Below are positions 27,884 to 38,152 of a stretch of 64,000 nucleotides of DNA, piece by piece (position 1 is the stretch's first letter; each line of letters starts with the position of its first letter). The DNA comes from Bacilli bacterium (GTDB lineage Bacteria; Bacillota_I; Bacilli_A; RFN20; CAG-826). Both the position numbers and the translations under genes were made by a program. The notes below the pieces were generated by a model, which did not search any database, was not told the origin of the DNA, and saw only the letters and a list, made by a program, of their open reading frames with translations. The stretch lies in assembly GCA_051872395.1 (NCBI GenBank), contig JBJEDU010000029.1, forward strand, positions 9,358 through 73,357, in the 5' to 3' direction.

Positions 27884-28711
27884 TTATATTTCTTTAATCT
27901 CTCTTTTTGGTTTATGTATTCGAGTTATGTATAAATAAACAAGAGCAAAGATGAATATTAATATACTAATTATTTGAGAGGTTGATAATATTCCAATACC
28001 TCCTCGAATCGAATCGTATCGAAATATTTCGTTAATAAATCTAAAAACAGAATAACCAAATAAATAGATGAGCATCCTTGTCCCTCTTTTAGTTGGCTTT
28101 CTATTAACAATCGCTAAAACAATAAACAAAACTAAACAAAAGAAAGATTCAAATAATTGAACCGGTAGTAATTTTACTCCAACCGGTGTATTAATATCTG
28201 CAGGCGCCGTATAAATAACACCTAAAAAAGAATCAGTAGGTCGTCCATAACAGCAACCAGCACAAAAGCAACCAATTCTACCAAACACTTGACCAAGAGG
28301 AAGTGAACAAACGACATGATCATAAAAATCTATGACATTAATTTTATACACCATCGCATAAATAAAATATCCTAAAGCGCCACCAAGTAAACCACCATAA
28401 AAAACAAATCCTGATTTTAAAACCTCATATAGTGATAATTCGGAAGCAATAATAAGTTCAAGATTAGTCAAAATAAACAAAAGTTTAGCACCAATCATTC
28501 CGCCTACTAAAGCAAATGCACTCGCGTACATCATATCATCTCTATTAAGTTTACTCTTTTTACTGTTAATTAAAGAAACAATAAAAGATGCGACGATACC
28601 GAGTAAAAATAAAACTCCGTAAGTCGGAATATAATGATTTTTATCTAAATATGGAAACATAATATTATTTTTAAAAAAATAGGAGCTGCTATAACCTTCT
28701 GGGGTTTTCAA
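27884..28711 (-). CDS. lgt: Prolipoprotein diacylglyceryl transferase
   Basis: Polytopic membrane protein with the Lgt signature region GRIGCFCAGCCYGRPTD and the Lgt-like N-terminus YGVLFLLGIVASF. Confidence 0.8.
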   Translation of the reverse strand: MKTPEGYSSSYFFKNNIMFPYLDKNHYIPTYGVLFLLGIVASFIVSLINSKKSKLNRDDMMYASAFALVGGMIGAKLLFILTNLELIIASELSLYEVLKSGFVFYGGLLGGALGYFIYAMVYKINVIDFYDHVVCSLPLGQVFGRIGCFCAGCCYGRPTDSFLGVIYTAPADINTPVGVKLLPVQLFESFFCLVLFIVLAIVNRKPTKRGTRMLIYLFGYSVFRFINEIFRYDSIRGGIGILSTSQIISILIFIFALVYLYITRIHKPKREIKEI

Positions 28712-28738
28712 CAGCTCCTTGGAAAGGAATTTGAAAAA

Positions 28739-29032
28739 TTATAAACCAGCAACTTGACCGGCCGCATTAAGAGTGCCGGCGGCAACAATAACACAAATTC
28801 CGCAAGTAAAGAATGTAATCGCGGTAAAAATTACAGCAATTAAACTCACTACAAACGCAGCGGTGCCTAAACCGGTCTTATATTGTTTGTTTCCGACAAT
28901 TGCTAATACAAGGCCAACAATTGAAACGGGTAATCCTACAATATCAAGAACAGGAACTGCGAAACCAATGAAAGCACAAACAACGCCACAAATTCCGAGT
29001 ACAAGACCCGCAATTTTCTTTCCATTTCCCAT
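28739..29032 (-). CDS. Small (97 aa) Gly/Ala/Val-rich membrane protein with 2-3 TM helices; unknown function
   Basis: The ORF is strongly hydrophobic. SD AGGGGG lies 9 nt upstream. A G10 tract lies ~50 nt upstream. Confidence 0.5.
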   Translation of the reverse strand: MGNGKKIAGLVLGICGVVCAFIGFAVPVLDIVGLPVSIVGLVLAIVGNKQYKTGLGTAAFVVSLIAVIFTAITFFTCGICVIVAAGTLNAAGQVAGL

Positions 29033-29079
29033 GGATGTTTTTCCCCCTTATAATTTTTCTAATATAAGAATACCCTCCT

Positions 29080-29089
29080 CCCCCCCCCC
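29080..29089. repeat. Homopolymeric C10 tract (G10 on the coding strand of the downstream gene) in the putative promoter region of the small membrane-protein gene
   Basis: CCCTCCTCCCCCCCCCCG in DNA of under ~30% GC. It is followed on the minus strand by a TATATT -10-like hexamer and the AGGGGG SD. Confidence 0.6.
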
Positions 29090-29295
29090 GTTTATTTTTG
29101 TCAATACTGAATTGAAATTTGTTGTAGCATTATCAAGAAATTATCTATTTGAATTGCCGTTACTAAAGCAACAAAAAACAGACTCATGTACACATATATG
29201 CACAAAAAAATAAAAAAATATTTGTTTTGTAGATGTAGAGTTTTATTTTCGCAAAACAAAAAAAGAATTAATTTTTAGAAAAAATAATATTAAAA

Positions 29296-29340
29296 AATCC
29301 CCTATTGAAACGACAAATTCAACTCGGGGGATATTAATTT
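29296..29340 (-). terminator. Putative terminator downstream of the tRNA gene
   Basis: On the minus strand: ATCCCCCGAG TTGAA tttgtcg TTTCAA TA GGGGA followed by TTTTTT. Confidence 0.45.
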
Positions 29341-29341
29341 A

Positions 29342-29419
29342 TGGTAGAAACGATGAGATTCGAACTCACGATCTCTTGGTCCCGAACCAAGCGCACTAAC
29401 CAAGCTATGCTACGTTTCT
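29342..29419 (-). tRNA. tRNA-Pro, anticodon CGG, with an encoded 3' CCA
   Basis: Manual fold of the reverse complement. Acceptor AGAAACG/CGTTTCT. D-arm GCAT-AGCTTGGTTA-GTGC. Anticodon arm CTTGG-TTCGGGA-CCAAG (anticodon CGG). T-arm GTGAG-TTCGAAT-CTCAT. Discriminator A plus CCA. Confidence 0.7.
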
Positions 29420-29431
29420 ATCTATGCATTA

Positions 29432-32400
29432 TTAGAATAAATCGAATAATGATAATTGGTCATCTTCAGGTAAACCTTTTAAAACTCCTAATTCTTCTAA
29501 ATCTTTAATGTTTGTATTACTGAGTTTCGTTCTCTTTAATAAATCCTTCTTTGAAGAGAATGGTCTTTCTTTTCTGGCATCGACGATGGACTGTGCAGCG
29601 GATTCTCCTAATCCATCAATGGTAATAAAGCTTGGATACAATGCATTATTTTCATGGTCGACGACAAATGTCGTACCATCAGAATGTTCCAAACTAATGT
29701 TATGGAATTTATATCCTCTTTGAACCATTTCAATAGCGATTTGAAGTGTTGTGATTTGGCCTTTTTCTTTAGGTGTACAACCTTCTTTAGAGCGATCTTT
29801 AAGTTTTAATTCATTGAGTCGCTCAATAATTCCTTTTTCGCCTTGTACTTTAGCGTGAACATCATGATAATCACTTCTCACAGAAAAGAATGTTGCATAA
29901 TATTCAAGTGGATAATAAACTTTAAAATATCCTACACGAATACCTTGTGTAACATACGCGGTAGCGTGTCCTTTTGGGAATAGATAAGCAATTAATTTAC
30001 AAGATTCAATATAAAAATCAGGAACATTATGCGCTTTCATAATTTCAATATATTCATCACTTAAACCATATCCTTTTCTAACTTTTTCCATAATTTGGAA
30101 ACTAACAGATGAAGGAAGTCCTTTAGAAATTAAATAAGTCATAATATCATCACGACATCCAATAACTTCTTGAAGTGTCGCTTTTCCTTCTTGTATCCAT
30201 CTTTCAGCGTTGCCGTTCCACACATTTGTACCATGGGAAAGACCAGAAATAATGACTAAATCTGAAAAAGTTTTTGGTTTGGTACTCTCTAAAATTCCAC
30301 GAACGAAGCTAGTGCCAAATTCAGGAATACCTAACGCGCCAGTTTTTTGAGCGAGGAAATTACCATTCATATGAAGAGCGTCAACAGATGAAAATAAAGA
30401 TAATACTTGAGGATCATTCAAAGGAATATCTTCGATTTTAACCTTTGTTAAGGTACACATCATCTTTAACGCGACAGGGTCAACGTGACCTAGTAAATCC
30501 AGTTTTAAAATGGTGTCATGAAGTGAATGGAAATCAAAATGGGTCGTTTTCCAATCGGCTTCAACTTCATCAGCAGGATATTGAATTGGAGTAAAATCAT
30601 AAACATCATATTCTTTAGGAATAACAACAATACCACCTGGATGTTGACCGGTTGTTCTTTTAACGTTAACGCAACCAGAAGCAATATAAGCAATTTTAGC
30701 TTTTGGACAAGTAGATAAATCGACCCCAATTCTTTCTAAATATCCACGAGCGAAACCAAAAGCAGTCTTCTCAGCAACCGTGCCTATTGTTCCAGCGCGG
30801 AAAACATTATCAACACCGAGCAACACTTTAGTGTAATCATGGGCTTTCGCTTGATAATCGCCAGGGAAGTTCAAATCGATATCAGGTGTCTTTTCAGCGG
30901 AAAATCCTAAGAAGGTTTCAAATGGAATATTTTGCCCATCATGCGCCATTTGTTCACCACAAATTGGACATTTTTTATTTGGTAAATCATAGCCTGAACG
31001 ATAAGCCGGCATCGTTTCAGAAGTCCATTCAAGATGTTTACATTTTGGACAGCGATAATGAGGTGGTAAAGGATTAACTTCGGTAATTGAGGCCATCGTC
31101 GCGACGAAAGAAGAACCAACCGAACCACGAGAACCGACAATATAACCATCTTCATTGGCCTTTTTAACTAAACAATGGGCAATCCAATAAATGACTGAAT
31201 ATCCGTTGTTGATAATACCTTGAAGTTCAGTATCGAGACGATTTTGAATAAATTCTGGAAGAGGGTCTCCATATAATTTATGAGCGTTTTGATAACATAA
31301 ATCTTTGAGCATATTTTCACAGTTATCAATTTTTGGAGTGTATAATTTATCGCTTGGAATTGGTTCAATTTCTTCGATTTCATCAGCGATTTTATTAGAA
31401 TTAGTCACGACGATTTCATATGCTTTTTGTTCTCCTAAAAATGAGAAACATTCAAGCATTTCATCAGTGGAACGATAATGTTGATCTGGGTTTTCAAAAG
31501 AAGGAACATCTTTCCTTGAATAAGGGTTTAATGGATGAGATACTCTACCAACAGCAAGAGAATTAATATAAACATCTCTAAATATCTTGTCTTCCTTCTT
31601 GACATAATGGCAATCTCCAGTAGCGACAACTGGAATATTTAATTCATCTGCGAATTTAACACAATCATTGACACATGAATTAACTTCTTCTTGGGTTAAA
31701 TCACCCATATTTACCAAAAATGAATAATTGTCCATCGGTTGAACTTCAATGTAATCATAAAATTTCATTAAGTCTTTAATTTTTTCTTCGTTGTCATAAC
31801 GCAAAGACCTAAAAATTTCTCCATTAAAGCAAGCGGAACCTACAAAAAGATTTTTACGATGTTTTTCTAATTCTTTTCGAGGAACTTTTGGAACATCATA
31901 AAAATAATCGACATGTGAGATAGACACTAATTTGTATAAATCTTTTAACCCTGCTTTATTTTTAACTAAGACGACAACATGTTTTGGCATGATGTGTCTT
32001 AATAATTCTTTAGGTGTAACAAAATTCAATAAATCAGAATGTTTTAAATGAACATCTTTATTTAAAAGCATGGAAAGCATGGACTGCCAAACATCATTTA
32101 ACACTAAAGCGTCGTAATCCGCACGGTGAGCAGCTTCAGAATCATAATTAATATCCATTCTTCGACAAATATCGCCTAATCTAAATTTACGATTTTCTGG
32201 ATATAAATGTCTCGCTAAAGATAAGGTATCAATAACTGGATTAGTTAATATAGGCATGCCGTTTCTTTTCAATTCTTCATTGATAAAATTGATATCGAAT
32301 TCAGCGTTATGAGTAACAAGAATTGCGTCTTCTACATATTCGACAATTTTCGCTAACGCTTCTTTAATTGTTGGCTTATCTTTAACCATTTCATCGGTAA

Positions 32401-33859
32401 TATGCGTGATTTTTGTAATTTTTTCAGGGATTTTTATACCTGGATTAATGAGTGTATCAAAGGAAGATACAACAGTGCCTTTTTCAACTTTAACCGCCCC
32501 AAATTCAATCATGCGATTATATCGACAACTAAGTCCAGTAGTTTCAGTATCTAAGACGACATATTTAGCTTTATTTAATTCAATATCTTTTGGATTAAAA
32601 ATATATGTTTGTTGATCATCAACCATGTAAAGTTCACAACCATAGATAACTTTTAATCCATATTTTTTTCCAGCTTTACAAGCGTCAGGGAAACCTTGAA
32701 CAACACCATGGTCAGTAATAGCGAAAGCTTTATGTCCAAGCGCGGACATATATTTTGCATATTCTTTTAAATCACCCACTCCATCTTGCACTGACATTTG
32801 AGAATGGAGATGAAGTTCAACACGTGGTGTTTGACATTTTTCATGAGGGATTTCATCTGGAGGAAGAATATCGATTAAATGACCTCGAATAGTTAATTGT
32901 TTAGTATATTCATCAATATAAGAAACACCGCGAACTCTTATGTTATCTCCCTTTTGTAATTTAGCGACAAAATCTTTTGTCACTGTCGCGTTTTCAGGAG
33001 TTAAAACATAAATCGCACCGCCAAAAGGATCATGAACCCCAATATTAAATTTTCTTTTACCGTTATATTCACTTGTTTCAATAGAAAAGATTTTTCCATT
33101 GAAATCAATATTTCCAGAATTAGAGTCGATAGAATCAATGTTTTCGATATATTGATAATTTCCTCTTTTATTTAGTCTAATTCTTTCTCTTTCTTTTGCC
33201 ATTATTTGCGCGTTCTTTTTCATTTCTTCGAGTAAAGAATCTTCTAATTTAGAATTGACTTCTTTATGTTCTTCATTAACTTTTAAAATCGCAGCTTTAG
33301 AATCGATGACTTCCGTTTTAATTTCTTTCTCTTTTTCAATTTCATCTAACGCAATAGCCTTCGCTTCTTCTGTCACTTTTTTAATTTTTCTTTTGGAATA
33401 ATTATTATCAACTTCGTTAGAGATGTCGAGTTTAACGACAAATTCATAATTGATAAAATTTAAAAGAGATTCAAAATCTTGAATTATTTGTTTATAACTA
33501 TCTCTTTCTTTTTCATTTTTAAAAACAAATTTAATAACTTCATCTTCATCAATCATTTCAAAAGGAACTTCTAATCGATAAATGGAATGATACCATTCAT
33601 TAAATAAATCAAAAACATCATCGAATGAAGGAAGAGTTAAATAAGAAAATTGAAGAGAATATTCGTAAGTTATATTACTTAGTGAATCGAGAAATTGTCT
33701 TAATAATTTATAATCCCAAGGAGTTTCTTTTAAAATGATCATGTCATATTTTTTAGGATTGAAACGATTTTTACCAATCATTTCAAATTCCAAGTCATAA
33801 TCAAAATAATTTTCAATATTAATACTCTTTAAAAAGCCAACCATCTTTTTGCTAGGCAT
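29432..33859 (-). CDS. polC: DNA polymerase III alpha subunit, PolC type (Gram-positive replicase)
   Basis: The protein is 1475 aa. It has a PHP domain, a DEDDh 3'-5' exonuclease insert (MIEFGAVKVE...HNAEFDINFI...HRADYDALV), a Zn-finger CPKC...CPIC and a pol III core. Confidence 0.9.
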   Translation of the reverse strand: MPSKKMVGFLKSINIENYFDYDLEFEMIGKNRFNPKKYDMIILKETPWDYKLLRQFLDSLSNITYEYSLQFSYLTLPSFDDVFDLFNEWYHSIYRLEVPFEMIDEDEVIKFVFKNEKERDSYKQIIQDFESLLNFINYEFVVKLDISNEVDNNYSKRKIKKVTEEAKAIALDEIEKEKEIKTEVIDSKAAILKVNEEHKEVNSKLEDSLLEEMKKNAQIMAKERERIRLNKRGNYQYIENIDSIDSNSGNIDFNGKIFSIETSEYNGKRKFNIGVHDPFGGAIYVLTPENATVTKDFVAKLQKGDNIRVRGVSYIDEYTKQLTIRGHLIDILPPDEIPHEKCQTPRVELHLHSQMSVQDGVGDLKEYAKYMSALGHKAFAITDHGVVQGFPDACKAGKKYGLKVIYGCELYMVDDQQTYIFNPKDIELNKAKYVVLDTETTGLSCRYNRMIEFGAVKVEKGTVVSSFDTLINPGIKIPEKITKITHITDEMVKDKPTIKEALAKIVEYVEDAILVTHNAEFDINFINEELKRNGMPILTNPVIDTLSLARHLYPENRKFRLGDICRRMDINYDSEAAHRADYDALVLNDVWQSMLSMLLNKDVHLKHSDLLNFVTPKELLRHIMPKHVVVLVKNKAGLKDLYKLVSISHVDYFYDVPKVPRKELEKHRKNLFVGSACFNGEIFRSLRYDNEEKIKDLMKFYDYIEVQPMDNYSFLVNMGDLTQEEVNSCVNDCVKFADELNIPVVATGDCHYVKKEDKIFRDVYINSLAVGRVSHPLNPYSRKDVPSFENPDQHYRSTDEMLECFSFLGEQKAYEIVVTNSNKIADEIEEIEPIPSDKLYTPKIDNCENMLKDLCYQNAHKLYGDPLPEFIQNRLDTELQGIINNGYSVIYWIAHCLVKKANEDGYIVGSRGSVGSSFVATMASITEVNPLPPHYRCPKCKHLEWTSETMPAYRSGYDLPNKKCPICGEQMAHDGQNIPFETFLGFSAEKTPDIDLNFPGDYQAKAHDYTKVLLGVDNVFRAGTIGTVAEKTAFGFARGYLERIGVDLSTCPKAKIAYIASGCVNVKRTTGQHPGGIVVIPKEYDVYDFTPIQYPADEVEADWKTTHFDFHSLHDTILKLDLLGHVDPVALKMMCTLTKVKIEDIPLNDPQVLSLFSSVDALHMNGNFLAQKTGALGIPEFGTSFVRGILESTKPKTFSDLVIISGLSHGTNVWNGNAERWIQEGKATLQEVIGCRDDIMTYLISKGLPSSVSFQIMEKVRKGYGLSDEYIEIMKAHNVPDFYIESCKLIAYLFPKGHATAYVTQGIRVGYFKVYYPLEYYATFFSVRSDYHDVHAKVQGEKGIIERLNELKLKDRSKEGCTPKEKGQITTLQIAIEMVQRGYKFHNISLEHSDGTTFVVDHENNALYPSFITIDGLGESAAQSIVDARKERPFSSKKDLLKRTKLSNTNIKDLEELGVLKGLPEDDQLSLFDLF

Positions 33860-33861
33860 AG

Positions 33862-35151
33862 TTAAAATAACCCCACAATATCTTTAATGACAATTAGCCC
33901 CATTAAAATAAACAAAAGCACCATTCCAATTGTCGCGACAATATTTTTTACCTTTTCTGGCACTTTCTTTCTTGTAATTCCTTCAATGATTATAACAAGT
34001 AAATGCCAACCATCTAATCCAGGGAATGGAAGAAGATTAATAATCGCTAAATTGATAGAAATAATCGCCCACAAGTTAATAAAATAACTGACACCATAAT
34101 TAGATAAAACAGATGTCGTTTGGGTATATATAGCGATTGGACCACCAACATCGCTCCAACCTTTACCAATAAATAAATTACCAACTGAACGAATAATTAA
34201 TGTTGAAGCATTACCAAATTGTTTAAATGTTGCACTAATGGCTTCAGAGAAAGTATTGTAATGACTATATAAATATAATTCAGCGCCTAAAGATTCAAAT
34301 TTATTTACTGGATTATCATTTTTATCTAACTCGCTAATAACATTTAAAGTAATTTCATGTGGATCAGTTTGAATGACATCATCAACTCTAATAACATTAC
34401 CTTCTTCATCAAATCTAATAGTGTTGATATTAAAAACAATTTTTATCAAAGTTTCTTCTTCTAAAACATCATGATACACTCGTCCGTTTACTGTATCAGT
34501 AATGACATAAGCGCGGAAGTGATTATCAATATCAAGGTTTTTAAAAGTTAAATTATCAGTGGATAAACCGGTAGAAATATTAACTGGGTCTTTATCTGAG
34601 AAATACGCTGAACCGGAAGTAGTAAAATAATACAAAGAAATAGTTTCATTTTCTTTGTATTCATCAGATAAAGTTTCATATCTTATAATGTCATTAGAAG
34701 TAATTCCAACATTATACATAATGGAATTTTCTTGAACGGTTAAACAATCGATATAAACATTTTTAACTGGGAAGAACATACTTGAATTAAAAAATAAAAG
34801 AATAGCCAAAACAGCGTTCATAAATATTCCAGCACACATGATGATGGCTCTCTTCCATTTTTTGATGCCGTTTAAACTTCTCTCTTCAGGAATACTGACT
34901 CCTTCTTCAAGTTCAACACCTTCACCATACATTGAAACGAATCCTCCTAAAGGAATCGCACGTAAAGAGAAATATGTTTCCCCTTTCTTACGTTTTTTAT
35001 GTATTAAAGTTGGTCCAAAACCAATAGAAAAATCTAAACAATATACTTTAAATATTTTAGCCGCGGTTAAATGGCCTAATTCATGGACTACAATCAGTGT
35101 CGATAAGCATATGATAAATAATAAAATCGATAATATTGTACCCATTCTCAT
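33862..35151 (-). CDS. rseP: RIP (site-2) zinc metalloprotease
   Basis: HELGH zinc motif within the first TM helix (VVHELGHLTAAKIF), a PDZ-like middle region, and a C-terminal LDG motif. Confidence 0.8.
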   Translation of the reverse strand: MRMGTILSILLFIICLSTLIVVHELGHLTAAKIFKVYCLDFSIGFGPTLIHKKRKKGETYFSLRAIPLGGFVSMYGEGVELEEGVSIPEERSLNGIKKWKRAIIMCAGIFMNAVLAILLFFNSSMFFPVKNVYIDCLTVQENSIMYNVGITSNDIIRYETLSDEYKENETISLYYFTTSGSAYFSDKDPVNISTGLSTDNLTFKNLDIDNHFRAYVITDTVNGRVYHDVLEEETLIKIVFNINTIRFDEEGNVIRVDDVIQTDPHEITLNVISELDKNDNPVNKFESLGAELYLYSHYNTFSEAISATFKQFGNASTLIIRSVGNLFIGKGWSDVGGPIAIYTQTTSVLSNYGVSYFINLWAIISINLAIINLLPFPGLDGWHLLVIIIEGITRKKVPEKVKNIVATIGMVLLFILMGLIVIKDIVGLF

Positions 35152-36299
35152 CCCTCCATTTCTTTGATAATTTTATTCGTTTTTTTACGAATAAATTTAT
35201 CGGCTTTTTCTAATTCAAAGTAATCAATGGTATTTTTAATTTTACTTGTTTTTATCACTTTATCAATAATTTGTTCTATTTGATAAAATTTTATTTTATT
35301 TTCCAAAAAAGCTTTCACTGCGACTTCGTTACAAGCATTGAGAATTGCCCCACTGGTGCCTTTTCTTTTTATAACTAATTTCGCATAATTAATAACAGGA
35401 AATCTTTCTATAGAAAACGGATGAAAAGTTAATCCTTTTAACGAAGAGAAATCTTTAAATGTGTAAGTATTAAAATCAATATTTCCTAAATATAAAGCAT
35501 ATTTAATAGGAATTCTCATATCTGGTTTATCAATATCCGCGCGATATGTATGATTGTTATATTCAACAAGTGAATGACACAATGATTCATCATGAATGAT
35601 AATTCCAATTTTTCTAAAAGGATAATCAAATAAATAATGGGCTTCGATGACTTCAAAGCATTTATTCATCATGGTCGCGGAATCGATAGTAATCTTTTTC
35701 CCCATCGACCATGTTGGATGATTTAAGGCTTGTTCTTTAGTAACTTCTTTTAGTTGTTCTCTTGTAAGGTTTTTAAAAGGTCCACCTGAGGCGGTTAAAA
35801 TAATTCTTTTGACATTTTCTTTAGAAACGCTTAAGCATTTAGTAATCGCTGAATGTTCAGAATCAATTGGAAATAATTGACCTTTTCCTGACTTTAATAA
35901 AGAATTGATTAATTCTCCTCCCACAACGAGAGATTCTTTATTAGCTAATAAAACAACTTTATTTCTTTTAAGGGCTTCAATAGTGGGTTTTAAGCCAACA
36001 AATCCCACTAAAGCGTTGATGAGCATATCATAATCACACTGCTTAACTATTGAAGAAATATCATCTTTTTTAGAAGTAAAAACAATGTTTGGATATTTGC
36101 TTTCATAATATTTTTTACTTCGAGAAGAAATCATATAAATATGTTCAATCGAAGGAAATCTTTTGATTAAAGAAGAAATAATTCTCGTATGTTTACCAAC
36201 AGAAATACCGCTAATAACAAAATCATTACAAGAAGAAATGACATCGATAGATTGTTGACCTATGCTTCCAGAGGCCCCGAGAATTAAAATTTTTTTCAT
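35148..36299 (-). CDS. dxr: 1-deoxy-D-xylulose-5-phosphate reductoisomerase
   Basis: N-terminus KKILILGASGSIGQQSIDVI and conserved Dxr blocks (LANKESLV, PIDSEHSA). Confidence 0.85.
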   Translation of the reverse strand: MKKILILGASGSIGQQSIDVISSCNDFVISGISVGKHTRIISSLIKRFPSIEHIYMISSRSKKYYESKYPNIVFTSKKDDISSIVKQCDYDMLINALVGFVGLKPTIEALKRNKVVLLANKESLVVGGELINSLLKSGKGQLFPIDSEHSAITKCLSVSKENVKRIILTASGGPFKNLTREQLKEVTKEQALNHPTWSMGKKITIDSATMMNKCFEVIEAHYLFDYPFRKIGIIIHDESLCHSLVEYNNHTYRADIDKPDMRIPIKYALYLGNIDFNTYTFKDFSSLKGLTFHPFSIERFPVINYAKLVIKRKGTSGAILNACNEVAVKAFLENKIKFYQIEQIIDKVIKTSKIKNTIDYFELEKADKFIRKKTNKIIKEMEG

Positions 36300-36309
36300 G
36301 ATTATTTAA

Positions 36310-37347
36310 TTAAATTAAACTTGATAAACCTTCACCATTAATGATGAGGTTAGCGATGTTAATAACGACCGCAGAAATAATAAGAGAGAAAACTAAAGAG
36401 TCAATTCTATCCATGATACCTCCGTGTCCTGGAAGAACTGATCCATAATCTTTGATATCATAAAATCTTTTCGCACTGGAAAAGACGAAATCTCCAAGAG
36501 TAGAAAAGAACGGCATAATAAATGAAAGAATTAAAATAAAATACCAACGGTCTACAGTAAATAATTTCGGTAATATTGGATGTCCACATAAAGCGAGGAT
36601 AAAAGCGAAGAAGAATGAACATATTGTGGAAATGATAATTCCACCAATAAATCCTTCCCAAGTTTTCTTTGGCGAAATTCTTTCATTAATTTTATTTCGA
36701 CCAAAAAATATCCCAATAAAGTAAGCGCCTATATCAGTCATGAAAGCACCGATAATAACATAAATTACCAATGTAGAAGATAAAAATGAATCAAACCAGT
36801 TAAAATAACTTGGATTTAATGTATTAGTTTCTAAATAACGATTGTATGAAGGTAAACTTCTTAATAAAATCGCTGATTGCATTCCTAAAGATAAAATCAA
36901 TAAGAATGTAAAGATGTATGTCGCATCTCTAACTGTGAAGTTTTTATCAATGAGAACAGTCCATAAAACAAGACATAATCCAATAAACAAAACGATAATC
37001 GAAAGATATAATTTATCAAAATGAAGAAAAATTCTAAAATTAGTGCCAGGGAAAGAATCAGAAAATGTTCTAATAATTGGCCAACAAGATAATAACAGCA
37101 CTAAAACAATAGAAAGAATATAAAGTACTGGAGAATATTTTCTTTTCGCGCATCGAACAATTTCAATTGTCGCGAATATGCCTGCGCCCATAATTAGCAC
37201 GAAGAAAAACCATTCTCCTAAAAATATTGATGGTAAAACAATAATTAATGCAATAATCGAAGTGATGATGCGAGTCATCATTGATTTTTTTGTATCTTCA
37301 GTTAAGTGATTTCTTTTAATTTCATTCATCTTTTGACAACCCTCCAT
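36310..37347 (-). CDS. cdsA: Phosphatidate cytidylyltransferase with an extended N-terminal membrane region
   Basis: C-terminal CdsA signature region SSAKRFYDIKDYGSVLPGHGGIMDRIDSL. The start may be the Met at 37329. Confidence 0.8.
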   Translation of the reverse strand: MEGCQKMNEIKRNHLTEDTKKSMMTRIITSIIALIIVLPSIFLGEWFFFVLIMGAGIFATIEIVRCAKRKYSPVLYILSIVLVLLLSCWPIIRTFSDSFPGTNFRIFLHFDKLYLSIIVLFIGLCLVLWTVLIDKNFTVRDATYIFTFLLILSLGMQSAILLRSLPSYNRYLETNTLNPSYFNWFDSFLSSTLVIYVIIGAFMTDIGAYFIGIFFGRNKINERISPKKTWEGFIGGIIISTICSFFFAFILALCGHPILPKLFTVDRWYFILILSFIMPFFSTLGDFVFSSAKRFYDIKDYGSVLPGHGGIMDRIDSLVFSLIISAVVINIANLIINGEGLSSLI

Positions 37348-38068
37348 AACGACGATCTCGATTTTTATATTCTTCTAAACATTTATTTAACTCTTCTTTT
37401 GTAAAATCTGGCCAAGCAGTTTTAGTAAATATCAATTCCGAATACGCTAATTGGTAGAGAAGATAATTGCTGAGCCTTTGTTCTCCACTTGTCCTTATCA
37501 TCAAGTCAATTGGAGGCAACTCTTTTGTGTATAAATACGAACTAAATAATTGTTCATTCAAATCTTCAATTTTTTGTTTACCTTTTAATACATCTAAGCA
37601 AAAGTTTTTGCTCGCTCTAATGATGTCATCTCTACCACCATAATTTAGACAAATATTCAAATAAAATTGATCATTGTCTTTAGTTTTTTCTATCGCTTCT
37701 AATATTACTTTTCTCGTTCTTTCTCGAATGATAGAAATATCTCCAGAAACAACAATTTTCGCGCCTTCAGTTAATAAGCGATTCAATTCTCTTTTAAAAA
37801 ATTGTTCCAAATAAGTAAAAAGATGATTTATCTCCGCTTTCGGTCTCGACCAATTCTCTGTGGAAAAGGCATATAAAGACATCGCTCTGATGCCGTTTTC
37901 TCGACATCCTTCGTAAATATCAATAACTCGTAAACAGCCTTCTTTATGGCCAAGATAACGAGGTAAACCTCTTCTTTTAGCCCATCGACCATTACCATCC
38001 ATAATAAAAGCGACATGCTGACAAATATTATTTTTGCTCATATTTTTAGTATACACTAATGAAAGCAA
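37322..38068 (-). CDS. uppS: Isoprenyl transferase (undecaprenyl-diphosphate synthase)
   Basis: HVAFIMDGNGRWA and the C-terminal ...RTSGE.RLSNYLLYQ cis-IPPS motifs. Confidence 0.85.
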   Translation of the reverse strand: MLSLVYTKNMSKNNICQHVAFIMDGNGRWAKRRGLPRYLGHKEGCLRVIDIYEGCRENGIRAMSLYAFSTENWSRPKAEINHLFTYLEQFFKRELNRLLTEGAKIVVSGDISIIRERTRKVILEAIEKTKDNDQFYLNICLNYGGRDDIIRASKNFCLDVLKGKQKIEDLNEQLFSSYLYTKELPPIDLMIRTSGEQRLSNYLLYQLAYSELIFTKTAWPDFTKEELNKCLEEYKNRDRRYGGLSKDE

Positions 38069-38082
38069 ATATAATATTTATA

Positions 38083-38121
38083 TTTGAAATAAAACAAAAA
38101 ATTGGTACTTAAGTACCAATT
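38083..38121 (-). terminator. Rho-independent terminator after frr
   Basis: Perfect palindrome AATTGGTAC-TTAA-GTACCAATT (38100-38121), followed on the minus strand by TTTTTGTTTTATTT. Confidence 0.6.
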
Positions 38122-38152
38122 TAATAAATAATAATTTCTATTAAGCTTTAGC

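Noticed and set aside
28773-29213. 146-aa plus-strand ORF overlapping the small membrane-protein gene and the C10 tract
   Set aside because: It is antisense to a plausible CDS and reads through the homopolymer (a poly-Pro artefact). It has no RBS.
30505-31383. Cluster of short ORFs (60-82 aa) on both strands inside polC
   Set aside because: They are embedded in a continuous, conserved 1475-aa polC reading frame. They are chance ORFs in AT-rich sequence.
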